DNA of 64,000 bases from Klebsormidium nitens (taxonomy: Eukaryota; Plantae; Klebsormidiophyceae), in assembly GCA_000708835.1 (NCBI GenBank), contig DF237345.1, forward strand, positions 1 through 64,000, written 5' to 3'. How positions within the stretch are numbered: the first letter of the stretch is position 1; the number at the start of each line of letters is the position of its first letter. The notes under the pieces were generated by a model that saw only the letters and a list, made by a program, of their open reading frames with translations, did not search any database and was not told the DNA's origin. This document shows, in pieces, positions 1 to 11,500 of the stretch. The translations under genes were made by a program, and so were the position numbers.

Positions 1-93
1 GAGCTGCGCCATCGCTTGAGAACGCCTGCTTTCATGGTTTCCGCACATGTTAGCTGATCGTGTGTAGTTATCCTGCCAGCTCTCTGCATATAG

Positions 94-997
94 CTGGCCA
101 ACCATCACACACTGGTCCTTCCAGAAATCCTGAAACTCCTGCTCTGGGGAGCCGTCTCCATTGTCGAACCGGGCGACGAGACGGTTGTCGTAGTGAACCC
201 CCTAGGCGTGGCGGACCAAGACGGGAAACTGCGCCTTTTCCTAAACGCCCGCTACGTGAATTTGTTCTTGAAAGAGCTGCCTTTCAAGTACCAGCGTTTG
301 CGTGACGTTCTCGCGTTCACCCTAGAGAATTACTTCATGTCCACGTGGGACTTGAAGTCAGGGTATTACCACGTGATGCTCCATCCGTCCTTCAGGAAAT
401 TCATGGGGTTCCGAGTCGGCCGTCTGCTTTTCCACTATAACGTCCCGGCTTTCGGGTTATCCCAAGCCTGCTTCCTGTTCACAAAACTGATGAACGAGCC
501 TGCCAAAACCCTACGGAGCCACGGCGTGCCCATCTCGGACTACATCGACGACGGTTTCACGGCCGCAGCCACGTTCCTTCGTTGCCTGCTACAGTCGCTC
601 GCGGCTGTGGCAAAGCTGTTGGGCGCGCTTGGGGCCCTTTTTCGGCCTTCCCAAATGCCATTTCCGTCCGGAGCAAACCCGGCAGTGGCTCGGCTTCCTG
701 GTGGACTCCGTAACCAAACAATTCAGGTTAAGCCCTAACCGCCTAGCCAAACTAGAACGGCAATCAAACGAAGTCCTAGCTGCGCCCTCGGTGTCCGCAC
801 GACAAATGGCGTCGCTAGCCGGACGCTTGGTCTCGGCCGGTCCTGTGGTCCTTCCGGCGTCCCTCTTCAGCATACCTTTCTTCGAGGCTATCCAGGGGCG
901 ACTGTCCTGCGACGCGCTCTTCCCAAACCAGTCGGCGATTCGACAATCAGCCCGGTTCTGGTTAGATAACCTCAGCCGTTTCAACGGACGCCCCTAG
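94..997 (+). pseudogene. Reverse transcriptase domain of the DIRS-like element, disrupted
   Basis: Motifs LRLFLNARYVN, DLKSGYYHV, PAFGLSQACFLFTK, YIDDG and WLGFLVDS. There is a frameshift near 630-650 between ORFs 193..738 and 629..997, a premature TAG at 995-997 in frame with the downstream RNase H, and further stops upstream of 94. Confidence 0.9.
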
Positions 998-1009
998 TGG
1001 CCTCATCCG

Positions 1010-1873
1010 GTGACGCTTCGAGCGGACGTCGACGCGTCCGGAATCGGTTTCGGCGGAGAGATCCAGGCCGGTGGTCATGCCCCGGTTCCCTTCACCGGTT
1101 CCTTCGACCTGGACGTGGCCGGGTCAGCCAGTGCAGTCCGGGAACTAACCGGTTACATCGCAGCCTTGGAAGTCGCTGCCCAAATCCGCCCCGAGGACCT
1201 AAACGGGGGAACCCTGCTCATCACCGGAGATAGCCAGCCGGCGATAAACACCATCAACAACTTCCGAAGCAACAATCCCCCGCTTAACCGTCTGCTTCGC
1301 CGCCTTTTCGACCTCTGCACCACGCTCGGCTGTGACGTCCAAGCACGCTGGGTTCCCCGGCGGAATCTCACCAGGGCGAATGCACTCTCACGGGAACCTG
1401 ACTCATCCGACTGGGGATTGGCGCTAGCCGTCGTCGGTGACGTCATCCGTCACTTTGGCGTGACGCCCAGCCTTGACGTTTTTGCCTCAGCCAGGCATCA
1501 CGTCTGCCCCCGTTTCATCTCTCGTTTCTACGAGCCGGGATGCACCGCTGTTCAAGCCATGAGAACCGACTGGAGGGCCCATCTACAAAATCAAGAAGTA
1601 GCATGGGTTTTTCCCCCTGCTCATTTAGCCCATGCAGCAATCGGTATCATTCGAGAGTACAAAATAAATGCAATTCTGATCACGAGGTTCCAGAAGCAGT
1701 CTAACGAATGGCTCGGCTTGCGCGTCGCAGCTCGGCAGCACGCATCCGAGCCATTCTTCATTCCAAAATCTGAGTCCTCCTGCATTCCGAGTCTTAGGGT
1801 TCCAAGTCGGACCATAAATCCTGCCTTCTTAGGTTTGGCCGCCATACACATCTACTGGCCGCTATCGACCTAA
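1010..1873 (+). CDS. RNase H plus C-terminal DNA N6-adenine methyltransferase-like domain (continuation of the RT frame)
   Basis: RNase H motifs DASGIGFGG, RELTG, TGDSQ and WVPRRNLTRANALSR (last catalytic D appears as N). Followed by LDVFAS...WVFPP, the MTase-like motifs typical of DIRS elements. Confidence 0.8.
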   Translation: MTLRADVDASGIGFGGEIQAGGHAPVPFTGSFDLDVAGSASAVRELTGYIAALEVAAQIRPEDLNGGTLLITGDSQPAINTINNFRSNNPPLNRLLRRLFDLCTTLGCDVQARWVPRRNLTRANALSREPDSSDWGLALAVVGDVIRHFGVTPSLDVFASARHHVCPRFISRFYEPGCTAVQAMRTDWRAHLQNQEVAWVFPPAHLAHAAIGIIREYKINAILITRFQKQSNEWLGLRVAARQHASEPFFIPKSESSCIPSLRVPSRTINPAFLGLAAIHIYWPLST

Positions 1874-1923
1874 TTGTCTGAAGCACAATATCCTCCTACT
1901 TTTTCGCTCATGTATCTCATACG

Positions 1924-3111
1924 CTACATGCTTCCTCGAGCGAACGCTCCCGCAATCTCCTCCACATATATTCTGAATGCACTCTTACTTTTCCAACGCC
2001 CCAACGACATCAATCTTTCTACGTCGTACCCCTCCAATTCTGCCGCATGCTGCACGGCAGACCGCCTGAAACTATGCAACGTTTCTCCGTTGTGCATCCC
2101 CGCACGCTGCATATGACGCTGCACACGCCGGTTCATAGCCCCCGCACTCAACGACTCATCCAAAAAGCCATCTTTCCGCCGAGTCAACGGCCGGAACAGA
2201 TAACCCCTTCCAGGGGCCACGCTGCACTCAGACATCTCATGCGTCAGCAACCCCGCTGCCCAAATGAACGTGTTCGGCTCGGCGCCGCTTCTCACCCGGA
2301 TCTCCGCACTCGGCTCCTCTCGAATTGTCTTACTCCACCCAGGCCGCACTATGCTGTCTGCCACATCAACCTGCCCTGCTTCCACCGTTCCGCACTCCTT
2401 TCCACGCGCCCATGTCTCCCACAAATATAACACTGCCGCCCGATCCATTGCGGCACAGCATCGGCTGATCCCCTTCCGGCTTCGTACCTCTCTATTTAGA
2501 TGCTCCACTAGCTGTGTCACTTTACTTTCAGACATGATTTTCGCTCGCTTCTCGCGAACCCCCCTTTCGTGCAACTCGTTCCGGTACCCTTCTCGATAGC
2601 TCCTCACCGCTTCCGATTTGGCCGGATTCACTGCGTCCGCCACTCCCAACATACTGTAACTTTTTGCTACGTGGCCAATTACGGCTTTCACGGCCGAAGC
2701 CGAGGCCACTTTCTTGTTCTCCCCCTCTACCACCGTTCGAAAATTCTTTTCGTGATTTGGCAACCACCATCCCTGGATGAACGCAACAACGTCCATCCCT
2801 ACAGCTTCCAGCACGTCTGGACATCCCACACTGGTCAAAGACTCTCGATACTCTGCAAACGTCTTCTCCCTTTCTTCTTCGAAACCGCCGCTCACGGCTT
2901 TCCTACTCACCCGGCCGCCTTCCCGCACGGCGGCCTCATATCTCTCCCGCGCGGCCGCTACCTCGCGCGCCTCGCGTTGCTCTGCTGGCACCGCACCCAC
3001 TCCACGCGCGCGGTTCCAGCTTCCCTCTACACCGCTCCGCCATCGCCCCCTGCAACGAGCACATCTTTGCCCGTCATTCTTTTGGGCGATATCGCTTTTG
3101 GGCCCCGCCAA
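1924..3111 (-). CDS. Tyrosine recombinase (integrase) of the retroelement, antisense to RT
   Basis: Uninterrupted 395-codon ORF with catalytic R (WARGKE), HxxR (LHSFRR), LGRW and Y (FRIYV), plus YLFRP. The true start is probably internal. Confidence 0.9.
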   Translation of the reverse strand: MAGPKSDIAQKNDGQRCARCRGRWRSGVEGSWNRARGVGAVPAEQREAREVAAARERYEAAVREGGRVSRKAVSGGFEEEREKTFAEYRESLTSVGCPDVLEAVGMDVVAFIQGWWLPNHEKNFRTVVEGENKKVASASAVKAVIGHVAKSYSMLGVADAVNPAKSEAVRSYREGYRNELHERGVREKRAKIMSESKVTQLVEHLNREVRSRKGISRCCAAMDRAAVLYLWETWARGKECGTVEAGQVDVADSIVRPGWSKTIREEPSAEIRVRSGAEPNTFIWAAGLLTHEMSECSVAPGRGYLFRPLTRRKDGFLDESLSAGAMNRRVQRHMQRAGMHNGETLHSFRRSAVQHAAELEGYDVERLMSLGRWKSKSAFRIYVEEIAGAFARGSM

Positions 3112-3203
3112 AATACTAAGAATCGAGTGCTCGTTGCAGGCGCCTACAGCCTTCTGTATTTGATTCGAAACAGAACCGACTAGCTGGCATTTGTTTTCAG
3201 CTA
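3100..3203 (+). repeat. Direct repeat copy 1 (putative split direct repeat B1)
   Basis: gggccccgccaaaatactaagaatcgagtgctcgttgcaggcgcctac...gttttcagcta, nearly identical to 3909-4020. Confidence 0.9.
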
Positions 3204-3908
3204 GTGGACTGCTTTGTTATTGGGCCGAGATTCGACCCGATGAATCGGACGGCTGAGCTTCGACGGAATTGAAGCTCGACCCGAATCATAAGCAAAGAAG
3301 CTATGTTCGTCTTGATGTCTTTCAGAAGAGCTTTTTGGCGCAAGGGCGCCCGCTAGGAATTTTGCGTCTCCCGCCTCTCCCACCCTATTTATACTGCTCA
3401 ACAGGACTCTCTATCCGAACTCATGACCATTAATCAGCCCTATTCACCCGGCGCCTCTACACTGGACAGCTATATGGTCCAGCCGTTGACCCAACGTCAT
3501 CACCTGATCAGCCATATTCCCCCGGCACACAAAACTTTGCCCATCCTACTGAATCCATCTCCAGCTTTATCAAAGCACCTCTGACTTGCCGTATTCTCCC
3601 GGCGCTTTCCCCGCTTCCGCTAAAAGCCCATGTTGCTGCCTCACCAGTCTGACGCGCCCCATTCGACGTCCGCTTCCCACAGTCCTCGCTCGCCAGGACT
3701 GCCTGCGGCCCCCACGCCTGCGCGCGCACTCGCGTCTCCGCTCCGGTCCATACCGGTTGTCTTGTCGGTGCTCACCACGTGCGCTGCACATGATTTAGGC
3801 ACTCACAACTTCAACTCACCGAAGTTCTGGATCCCATCCGCTTCTCATTCAGCAGTGCCTAAACCCTCCAGCACACGTGGTGTTTCCGACATTCGACAAT
3901 CTGGACCG

Positions 3909-4020
3909 GGGCCCCGCCAAAATACTAAGAATCGAGTGCTCGTTGCAGGCGCCTACTCGCCTACATCCTTCTGTATTTGATTCGAAACAGAACCGACTAG
4001 CTGGCATTTGTTTTCAGCTA
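3909..4020 (+). repeat. Direct repeat copy 2 (putative B2, probable right terminus of the element)
   Basis: Same sequence as 3100-3203 with an 8-nt internal duplication (tcgcctac) and one substitution. Confidence 0.9.
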
Positions 4021-4422
4021 ATGGGCGCCACCAGTAACGCCGGGGGCAGCTGTATACGAGCTTCAAAACCCTCTGGTTATGAAAATAGAGTTGCTATATG
4101 TTCATTCCAATCTGGGCCGTATTAAGATGCCTGGAGCAGAAATTCGATGCTCCGGAGGTGTATATACGGGAGTAGTAAATCGACATCCCGGCAGAACAGA
4201 TTGCCGGAACCCTAATCTTTAACTGGAGGTGTAGTTGAGCCAGCAGCTCTGCTAGTCTACAACTTGAACTTGAAGTGGTTCTCGCGGATCATTCTCAGGA
4301 TGCTCAAGGGCGAGCAGAGCAAGAAGCGCCTAGCTTGCTCATCCACCTACCGTAGAGATTTTTGAGGAGCTGGACTTCTGCGAGGGCCAAGTTTGCGCCA
4401 TCAAAGCCACAACTTGCTCAAC

Positions 4423-6505
4423 ATGGTGAGCAACCGTTTGGGTTTTGTCTGCTGATGCAGCCATTAAAATTTTGAGCGTCTCAAGGACTTAGCAGGCATA
4501 CGGTGGACGCAGCTTGATTTGTGTGCCCATCCGTGTACTTTGCTGGATTCCCTTCCATTTTATGAGCTAGAGGATTAAAGGAGTAGCACATTTACCAGAT
4601 GTTACAGCTTGATTTGCACTCCTCGAGTATTGATGGTTTTAGCTGTGCACATTCTTACTGAGATTGGCCCAACCCCTAGTTTGCCTCCAGCATAATCTGA
4701 GAATGTGGGATTGTCATACAAAGTCAACGTGTGCGATGCTTAGAGCTCACTCAAACATTTGAAGATGCTAAGGCTCTTAATCTTGCCCATTCAACGTGCA
4801 TCCAGGCCACCGAATCCAAGAAGGAAGCTTTCAGGAAGTACCTGGAGTCGAGCGGGGTGCTGGACTCCCTGACAAAAGGTGCGCCCCAGAGCTCAGCGGA
4901 TGGCGATTTGCATACAACTCTTAAGCTGCCTGTGTCCTAAGACTATACATCTCTATCTGTTAGACTACGATCTGCTTGCCTACGAAGTTCCTCCGAAATG
5001 ATGGTCCCCTTTTCTACCCCTCCGCTGCTTCCTTCTGCCGGAGGTTGTCGCTCATGTTAGTTCAAATGCAGCTCGTTTGCCCGAGCTCACTGAATGTTGG
5101 TTGAACAATCCAAGTTATTTGGGCCGAAGTTGGGGGCCCCATGGATTTCATTGCTGAAGTGTTCTCACCAAACGCTATGGAAGCAGAAACTTCGTTTCTT
5201 TCGCCCATCACTGAGGGCCTGATTGGGTATTTCCAGTATCCTTTGCCAGCGCATCTAGCTGTGCGGGGCTCTTGACTTGGTCGAAGGAACGGAAAGTAAC
5301 TGCAGCAAAACATTTTGAGCACTCGGCTCTCTGTCCTCTGAACAGGATCCGACCTTGCCTTCACATGTCTTGCAAAGCAAGTGTTTCATTCAAGGCCACT
5401 CTGAGATAGCAATATATCACGCCTGTGCTCCATCTTTCACCAGTGATGATCAGCAGACCTTACAATCTTTGATCGGTTGCAGCACAGTTTGCAGCAGAAA
5501 AGAAAAGCCAGGTTTACGGTCCGCAATCCCCTTGTGCGGCCATCCATCAAACGCTCTTCCGCTCTGTGCAGTCCTGGTCAGCTTGTACGAGGAGCCAGAG
5601 AAGCCTCCCACGGGAATTGAGTGAGTGCATCCGTCCAGAGCTTTGTGTCATTCTCTGGTTGTGTATCTGAAAAGGGTTCCTGCCTAGCCAAAATGGATTA
5701 GAGACGATTCTGTTGCCACAAGATTCAACACTCTTGACAGGCATCGAACAGACTTGTAGCTTTACTTCTGGGACAACCACAAAGCTACATGACCGCCAAA
5801 ACCGGAGTCCCCAACTGCAGAAAGAAACATCCGGGACCTCTGGAAGATCACTACACAAGCGCAAACCGCAGGATCTGATTGCCCCTTAAACCAGGGCCTT
5901 ACTGAAAGTCCCGTCTTTGAGAACTGGTCCACACCCTTGTAAAATAATCTTGTAGATGAAAATGAGCATTTGCCATGAGTACCAGCTCCCTACACTTGTG
6001 ATTCTCCTTTCGTATGTCTGGCAAAGGCCCATTCCGTTCATGAACAAAGCTTGTCCTTGCTCTGCAAATGTGGCCTTTGTGATTTAGAACTAACCCTTGA
6101 GTCTCATGTGCATCTTGCCCCCCATCTACGCACCTTGCTGCTTTACAGTGCGCTATCTAGACTTTCGCCTTGCTTGTTAACTACGTACCCTTTTGCTGAG
6201 ATCTCTGCGCCATTCTGCGCTCTTGACAAAACAGTTGAGAGAGTTGTTTACACCGCAGCGCCTTCGTTCACTACTTCACCTAGATCTAGGGTACTCAATT
6301 GCATGCACAGTACCGCAAGTCACAAACAGAGCTTGAATAAGGATGTCACAAAGATAACAGCATGCGCTTTCGGCTTTGCAGCTTTGTTAAGGCCCACCTA
6401 GGAGGCCCGACGCCGCAGGAGTTCGAGCAGCTGCGGAAAGAAAAGGAGGAGCTTCAAGCGAAGTACGATGAGCTACAAACTAGATGCGAGGAGCTCAGCC
6501 GGAAG
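4423..6505 (+). CDS. MYCBP: c-Myc-binding protein (AMY-1/MYCBP, FAP174-like); exons 4423-4425, 4806-4878, 5572-5620, 6382-6505, last exon unresolved (~6640-6693)
   Basis: Spliced product M|ATESKKEAFRKYLESSGVLDSLTK|VLVSLYEEPEKPPTGI|DFVKAHLGGPTPQEFEQLRKEKEELQ matches the MYCBP signature. GT-AG junctions are in phase. Confidence 0.9.
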
Positions 6506-7655
6506 GTGAGCCTGAATCGATGCTTTAAACCGAGCGTAGGAAACACGTATCCATTCAAGGCAACTCAGGGTTCTGTTTGACCGTCTTTTGTTATGGTCGT
6601 CAATGCAAAGGCTTGAATTCACTGTGTGCGCATTTTCAGAGCTTTTAAATCCGGCGTCCACTCTAATGGTCTCGAAAGAGGAAGAATCATATTAGACAAC
6701 CAAAGTGACTGCTCGAGCTGTTGTGCTTTCGGGGCTCGGAATCATTCGATTGCCTTTGCTTGTCTTTTCTGCTCAATCGGGCAAGTATAACTGGCGGAGA
6801 AGTCAAGAGGTTATGGATGTTTACAGGTCGAAGCGCTTGAAACGGGCGAGAGTACAACGACCACATGAGCTGCTCGGTCGGAGCCGAAGACATCGGGGCG
6901 TGTATGATAGGGAATCGACAAATCATCGCCGCTTCAAAGACGCGGCGGAAATGCAGGCTTGAAGTTGCTAGCATGCAATGCTGGCCCGCTTCCGCTGTAG
7001 AGGAGCGTGGTCTAGACAGCCGCCGGCGACAAACTAGGCAATAATCTCTGCAAGACTTGGCGAGATCAGATCTCAAGCGGCCCGCTCGACGCTTTGCTCA
7101 ATGGCGAGACAGCTAGGTTGACGCCAGTAGGAGTCACTTACAAAGACGTCTCTGATGGGCGACCAGTTGACTTGCATCAAACTCATTCAAGGCAAAAAAA
7201 GATTTAGGTACGTGACAATCAAATGCAAGCTTGCGCTACACATGATCTCTTAAGGGCTTGACTTGGCTTGCGACATTGATCCGGAGGAGGGGCCAAAGCG
7301 GTCATGCACGTGAATCACTACTAGTACGGTAGCAGCACTTCCAACCGTATGCAAGGATTGTGCCGCATCTACTGTACGCTGCTGATTACCGTGATCTTTT
7401 GAAGGGCAGGCTAAATCCAATCAGTGCACTACAAAGTGCAATCGAAACAGTACGTGCATGCACCGTGCGGCGCAATAAAGGGATAATAACTGCATTGCAT
7501 GCAGCTAGCGCGCTCAATATCGCATGCGCAGCTAGCTTGGTTCCAACTTGATTACAGTAATTTTCCTGTCATACATTGCACTTGAGTCGCGTGCTTGCAT
7601 GACATGCATGCCGAGCGCAATTCCTTGGAACTGAGGTCAGCGCGAGGCCGGGTTC

Positions 7656-7734
7656 ATGCAAAGATCATATGCAGTGAGTATCCCCACGCAAAGATCACTA
7701 AATATCCTGATGCAAAGATCAGTGAATATCCCCA
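7656..7734 (+). repeat. Three short tandem units GCAAAGATCA...TATCC
   Basis: GCAAAGATCA at 7658, 7688 and 7712, each followed by TATCC. Confidence 0.7.
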
Positions 7735-8523
7735 TGTGGGTTGGTCTAGAAGATCGATAGGTACCTGTAAAGTGTTCAGACTTCAAAGTGAAGAAGAACT
7801 TCTGCGCAGTGGAAACTGCAGATCTCGTCTGTGGACTGCGTGAACTGCTCGTAAGATGATTGCGCACGCGGCATTGCGGCGACGGAGCCTGCCAGTGAGA
7901 GTGCAGTCACGGTCGGCGAGGCTCTGGACCGCGAGCTGGCCGACAGTTACCCGCATAGCTTATGGTACCTACCACTGTGCATTATGCACTCGAAAATCCT
8001 AGCTGCCGCGCCCTGAAACATGCAACTGTACGAACTGATGATGGTGCCATGCACGCTTGATCCGTCGCTGTTAACTTGAAAGAGCGTTGACTCTGAATGT
8101 TGACATGCTAAGCTGGACTCTGCTCCAGTTCGCTATGATTATGTGCCGATATAGACGTGTTCATAATGTAACTGCCTCTAGCGATTGTACAACTGAAATT
8201 CAGATGCAGCCTTGAGGCATATTCTAATGTACCAAAAGACATCTTTTGGGAAGGCACATCACATGTACAGGGTCAGACCCTGCAGGCTTGAATCACGTGC
8301 ATACACCTGCTCTTTTGCAACTTCTAGAAGAACCAGGGACTTCCATTGATATAAACGAGATTTGGATTTCAAGAGGCTTCAAGTTTCCGTCTCGAAAAGG
8401 CAACTTCTTCCATTTAAAGAACCTCGGCTCTCTTTCATTTCTTGCATTTTGAGGGCTCACTTCTTCTCACAAGCTTTCTCCAGTCGTCTCTTGTACTACG
8501 AAGCCCCTAATCCTACTGTCAAG

Positions 8524-11500
8524 ATGAAGGTCGCATCGTTTCTAGGTGTGGCTGCTATTGCCATTCTCGCCCTTGCGTCGTCTGCGAGACTGGCAAACGC
8601 AGGTGAGCTGAAACTGAGCGCCCCCAAATGACTTCGATTCCTCGCACGGAGGTCCAGCTGTGAGTGGGAGCGCTTTTTGCAAGTTCTTTATATCATGCCA
8701 GTACAGTAACGTTACGTTGATCTGCAGAGTTCCTTGAAGGGTCTTGACGTGAAAGACTCAAACGGCAGCGTGACTTTTCAGTAGCTTTCCTATGAATGAG
8801 GCGTCACCAGTAACTGGGCACCTCGGTGATCAGTTTCATTTCTGGTGATGAGTATTTAGGAGGTAACAAGTTTGTGCGTACCGATGCATGACGACTACTG
8901 CTTCACATGCACACAACAGGTACAGTACTTTCTTGATGTGCTCCTCCTTTCATAATCAGTCCCATCAGCTTCAAAATAGTACAATTCTGAACACCCAGAG
9001 TCCCCTGCTTCCGGCAAAGACTATCCCCACGTGTGTCACCTCTACCTATCAGTCCCCTCTTTCCAACTTCGTTCCCCCGCAATATTCGGCTTGCTTTTTT
9101 TAAAACATTCTCAAGAACATCTCAAGAAGACGCCTTGACCTCTGCCCCCCCAGATTGCACCCCCGCCGCCCCCAACCCCTGCTACAACGCCCCCGGCAAT
9201 GCCAGCATCTGCTGCCCCGGGGCCTGTGGCCCCAGCACCGGCGAGGGGGGAGTCACCGCCACCTGCGCGGGCACCCCCCCGCCGGCGACTCCGGCACCCA
9301 CTGCGGCACCCACGCCTAACCCAACCTCGTCAGGACCAGTAAGTGCAAACACAAATTTTGGTCGCCCTTAACCAAGCTTGGTTGATGAGCATCAACCAGG
9401 CTTCAAACTCGTTCTTTTGAGAAGAAGGGCACTGGGCGAGCCATTAACAGGTCTGGTGAACGGTGTTTTCTAGCCCAACTACGTCAGAACCAGTACGTGC
9501 AAACCCAAATATTCGTTGCTTGTTACCAATGTGCGAACCTGATTGTTATTTGATTTTTAGGCGAACATAGTGATTAAAGTTTGCAGAAAAGTTTGTTTGT
9601 CCTCGTTGGCTAACCGAGAACTGTGGGAGGACCAGTACGTACCAGACATTTCATCTTGCGCGTTTGTCTATCTCTAGTCTGTCTGTGACTTTGCACACGG
9701 TGCGTCAGGTGACCGGTATTATTGAGATTCACTTCAACGACTCCGCTGTCGGATGGTGGCATAATTCGCGCGTCAAGAAGAAGAATGGTTTCAATCAACA
9801 TAGCGCTACGAACTGCAGTATTGCAGGCTCTCGTGCGACTTAGTCTTAGGCTTGAGAAAGCAGAACCCTCTCCGTGACCTGAGTTCATGAGCCCTTTGCT
9901 TCTCTCCCTGTGGCACCCTTTGCTAGTAATCCGTTCACGACCCTGAAAAAGCCTCGAAGCATATGGATAGCCGCCCAAGTCAAGTGTCCCGCCAGTGCAA
10001 TTGAATCTTCGACCTTTCCAGTCAAGACGGACCCTCACCCAAGATCAACCAATTCTGCTAATCCATCTCTTCTCTCGTGCAGCTGGGCACGGTTTACCTC
10101 GCGTTCGACTTCAGCAAACCCCAGACGAATTGCATTCGAAGCTTCGACCTTTCCAATCAACATGGATCATCTTAACCCAAAGTCAACCAGCTTTATCAAC
10201 CCATCTCTTTCCGAGCAGCTGGGGACGGTTTACCTCGCGTTCGACTTCAGCAAGCCCGAGACGAACTGCGCCAACCAGGCCGCGGGCCCCGGGGGACAGT
10301 TCTCCTTCGGCGACATCTGCGTTTACAAGTGAGCATCCGTCAGGCTGACGTCAGCATCATAGAAACCTCGAAATTGTAACTCCTTTGTTGCCTTTCGGCA
10401 ACGTCTGCGTTTACAATTGAGTATTCGACAAGATGATGTCAGCATTCGTCTCCGAATGCGTGCACTCCGATAAGTGAGATTAGCGCTTGGGGAGGGGTGG
10501 ATGTCAGCATCGTGGCAACGTCGGAATGCAGAGCACGGTGTCCTGGGTGCCGCGGCAAGAACTGGCACGTGGCAGTTTCCCGCTTCAAGATGCGGAAGCT
10601 TTTGGGTTCTCAAGCAGAAACTCTGGATCAGAACGTGGTCCTGGAACGAGAACCCATATCTGGAGACTCTCTTAACGAAGTTTCTCGTGATTGCGGCTGT
10701 TGACAGCAATCTCCGCTTTGCAAAAGGACGTGTTTCTCATCTGAAATATGCGTTTCGACTCGTCACTTTGAGGGTTCGCCTGAATCGAAGTGCTATGTCG
10801 GGATTGCCGTTGAAAGAGGAAGCTCAAGCAAAAACCCTGGAGGGTTTGATGCGTGATCAGATCGTGAAATGACCCACACAAACTTTTCGGGCAGACTTTT
10901 TCGAGCAATTTCGGAGCTTTCAAAAGTCCACTGTCTGCGTCGCCATTGCCGTTTCTCCTACTTCCCACTTCACCATTTCAGACTTCCACCCTTGGGTTGA
11001 AGCACGGCCGTGCCGTCTGGTGGGTTCGAGCAGAAGGACCATCAGCTATGCCCCTCGCGTATAGCACTCTCCTTTTGACGAGCCCGGTGTGTTCAAGCGG
11101 TTCCCCATTTTACCCTCCTCTCTGGATCTCGCTTATTTTCCCTCTTCTTTTTCCATCAACCTCCACCATAACTTCCGTTACCTCCTCTTTGAGTCTCGTT
11201 TGTTTTCCCTCTTCCGTTCCTATCACCCTTACTACAACTCTCAGCAAATTTACGCTCGTCTCGCCGTGCGCCGCTGCAGGGGTCCCATTTTGGCGTCCGA
11301 CCTGCAGACTCAGGTGGGCACTTTCGTCGAGATCGACGCGACATTTCAGGGTGGGGCGTCCGACCTCCTGAGCGCTTCGACCACTTTCTACTTCACCACC
11401 GGGGAGATCAAGGGCCCGGTAGACGCCATTAACACCATCGGCACGGCATCCACCGAGGTAAGGTTTCGTTCAGGAGTTGTTACGAATCTCGGTTAGGCTT

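Larger units (their letters stand above)
1..4020. mobile_element. Tyrosine-recombinase retrotransposon (DIRS order, PAT/kangaroo-like layout); left end lies outside the window; partly degenerate
   Basis: Plus strand carries RT (YIDD), RNase H and a methyltransferase-like region. A convergent minus-strand tyrosine recombinase follows, then two ~105-112 bp direct repeats (3100-3203, 3909-4020). Confidence 0.9.

Noticed and set aside
3508-3800. Small ORFs between the two element repeats
   Set aside because: No recognisable domain in any frame; better explained as terminal-repeat (A2) sequence.
6687-7076. ORFs downstream of MYCBP
   Set aside because: Likely 3' UTR or intergenic; no coding signature.
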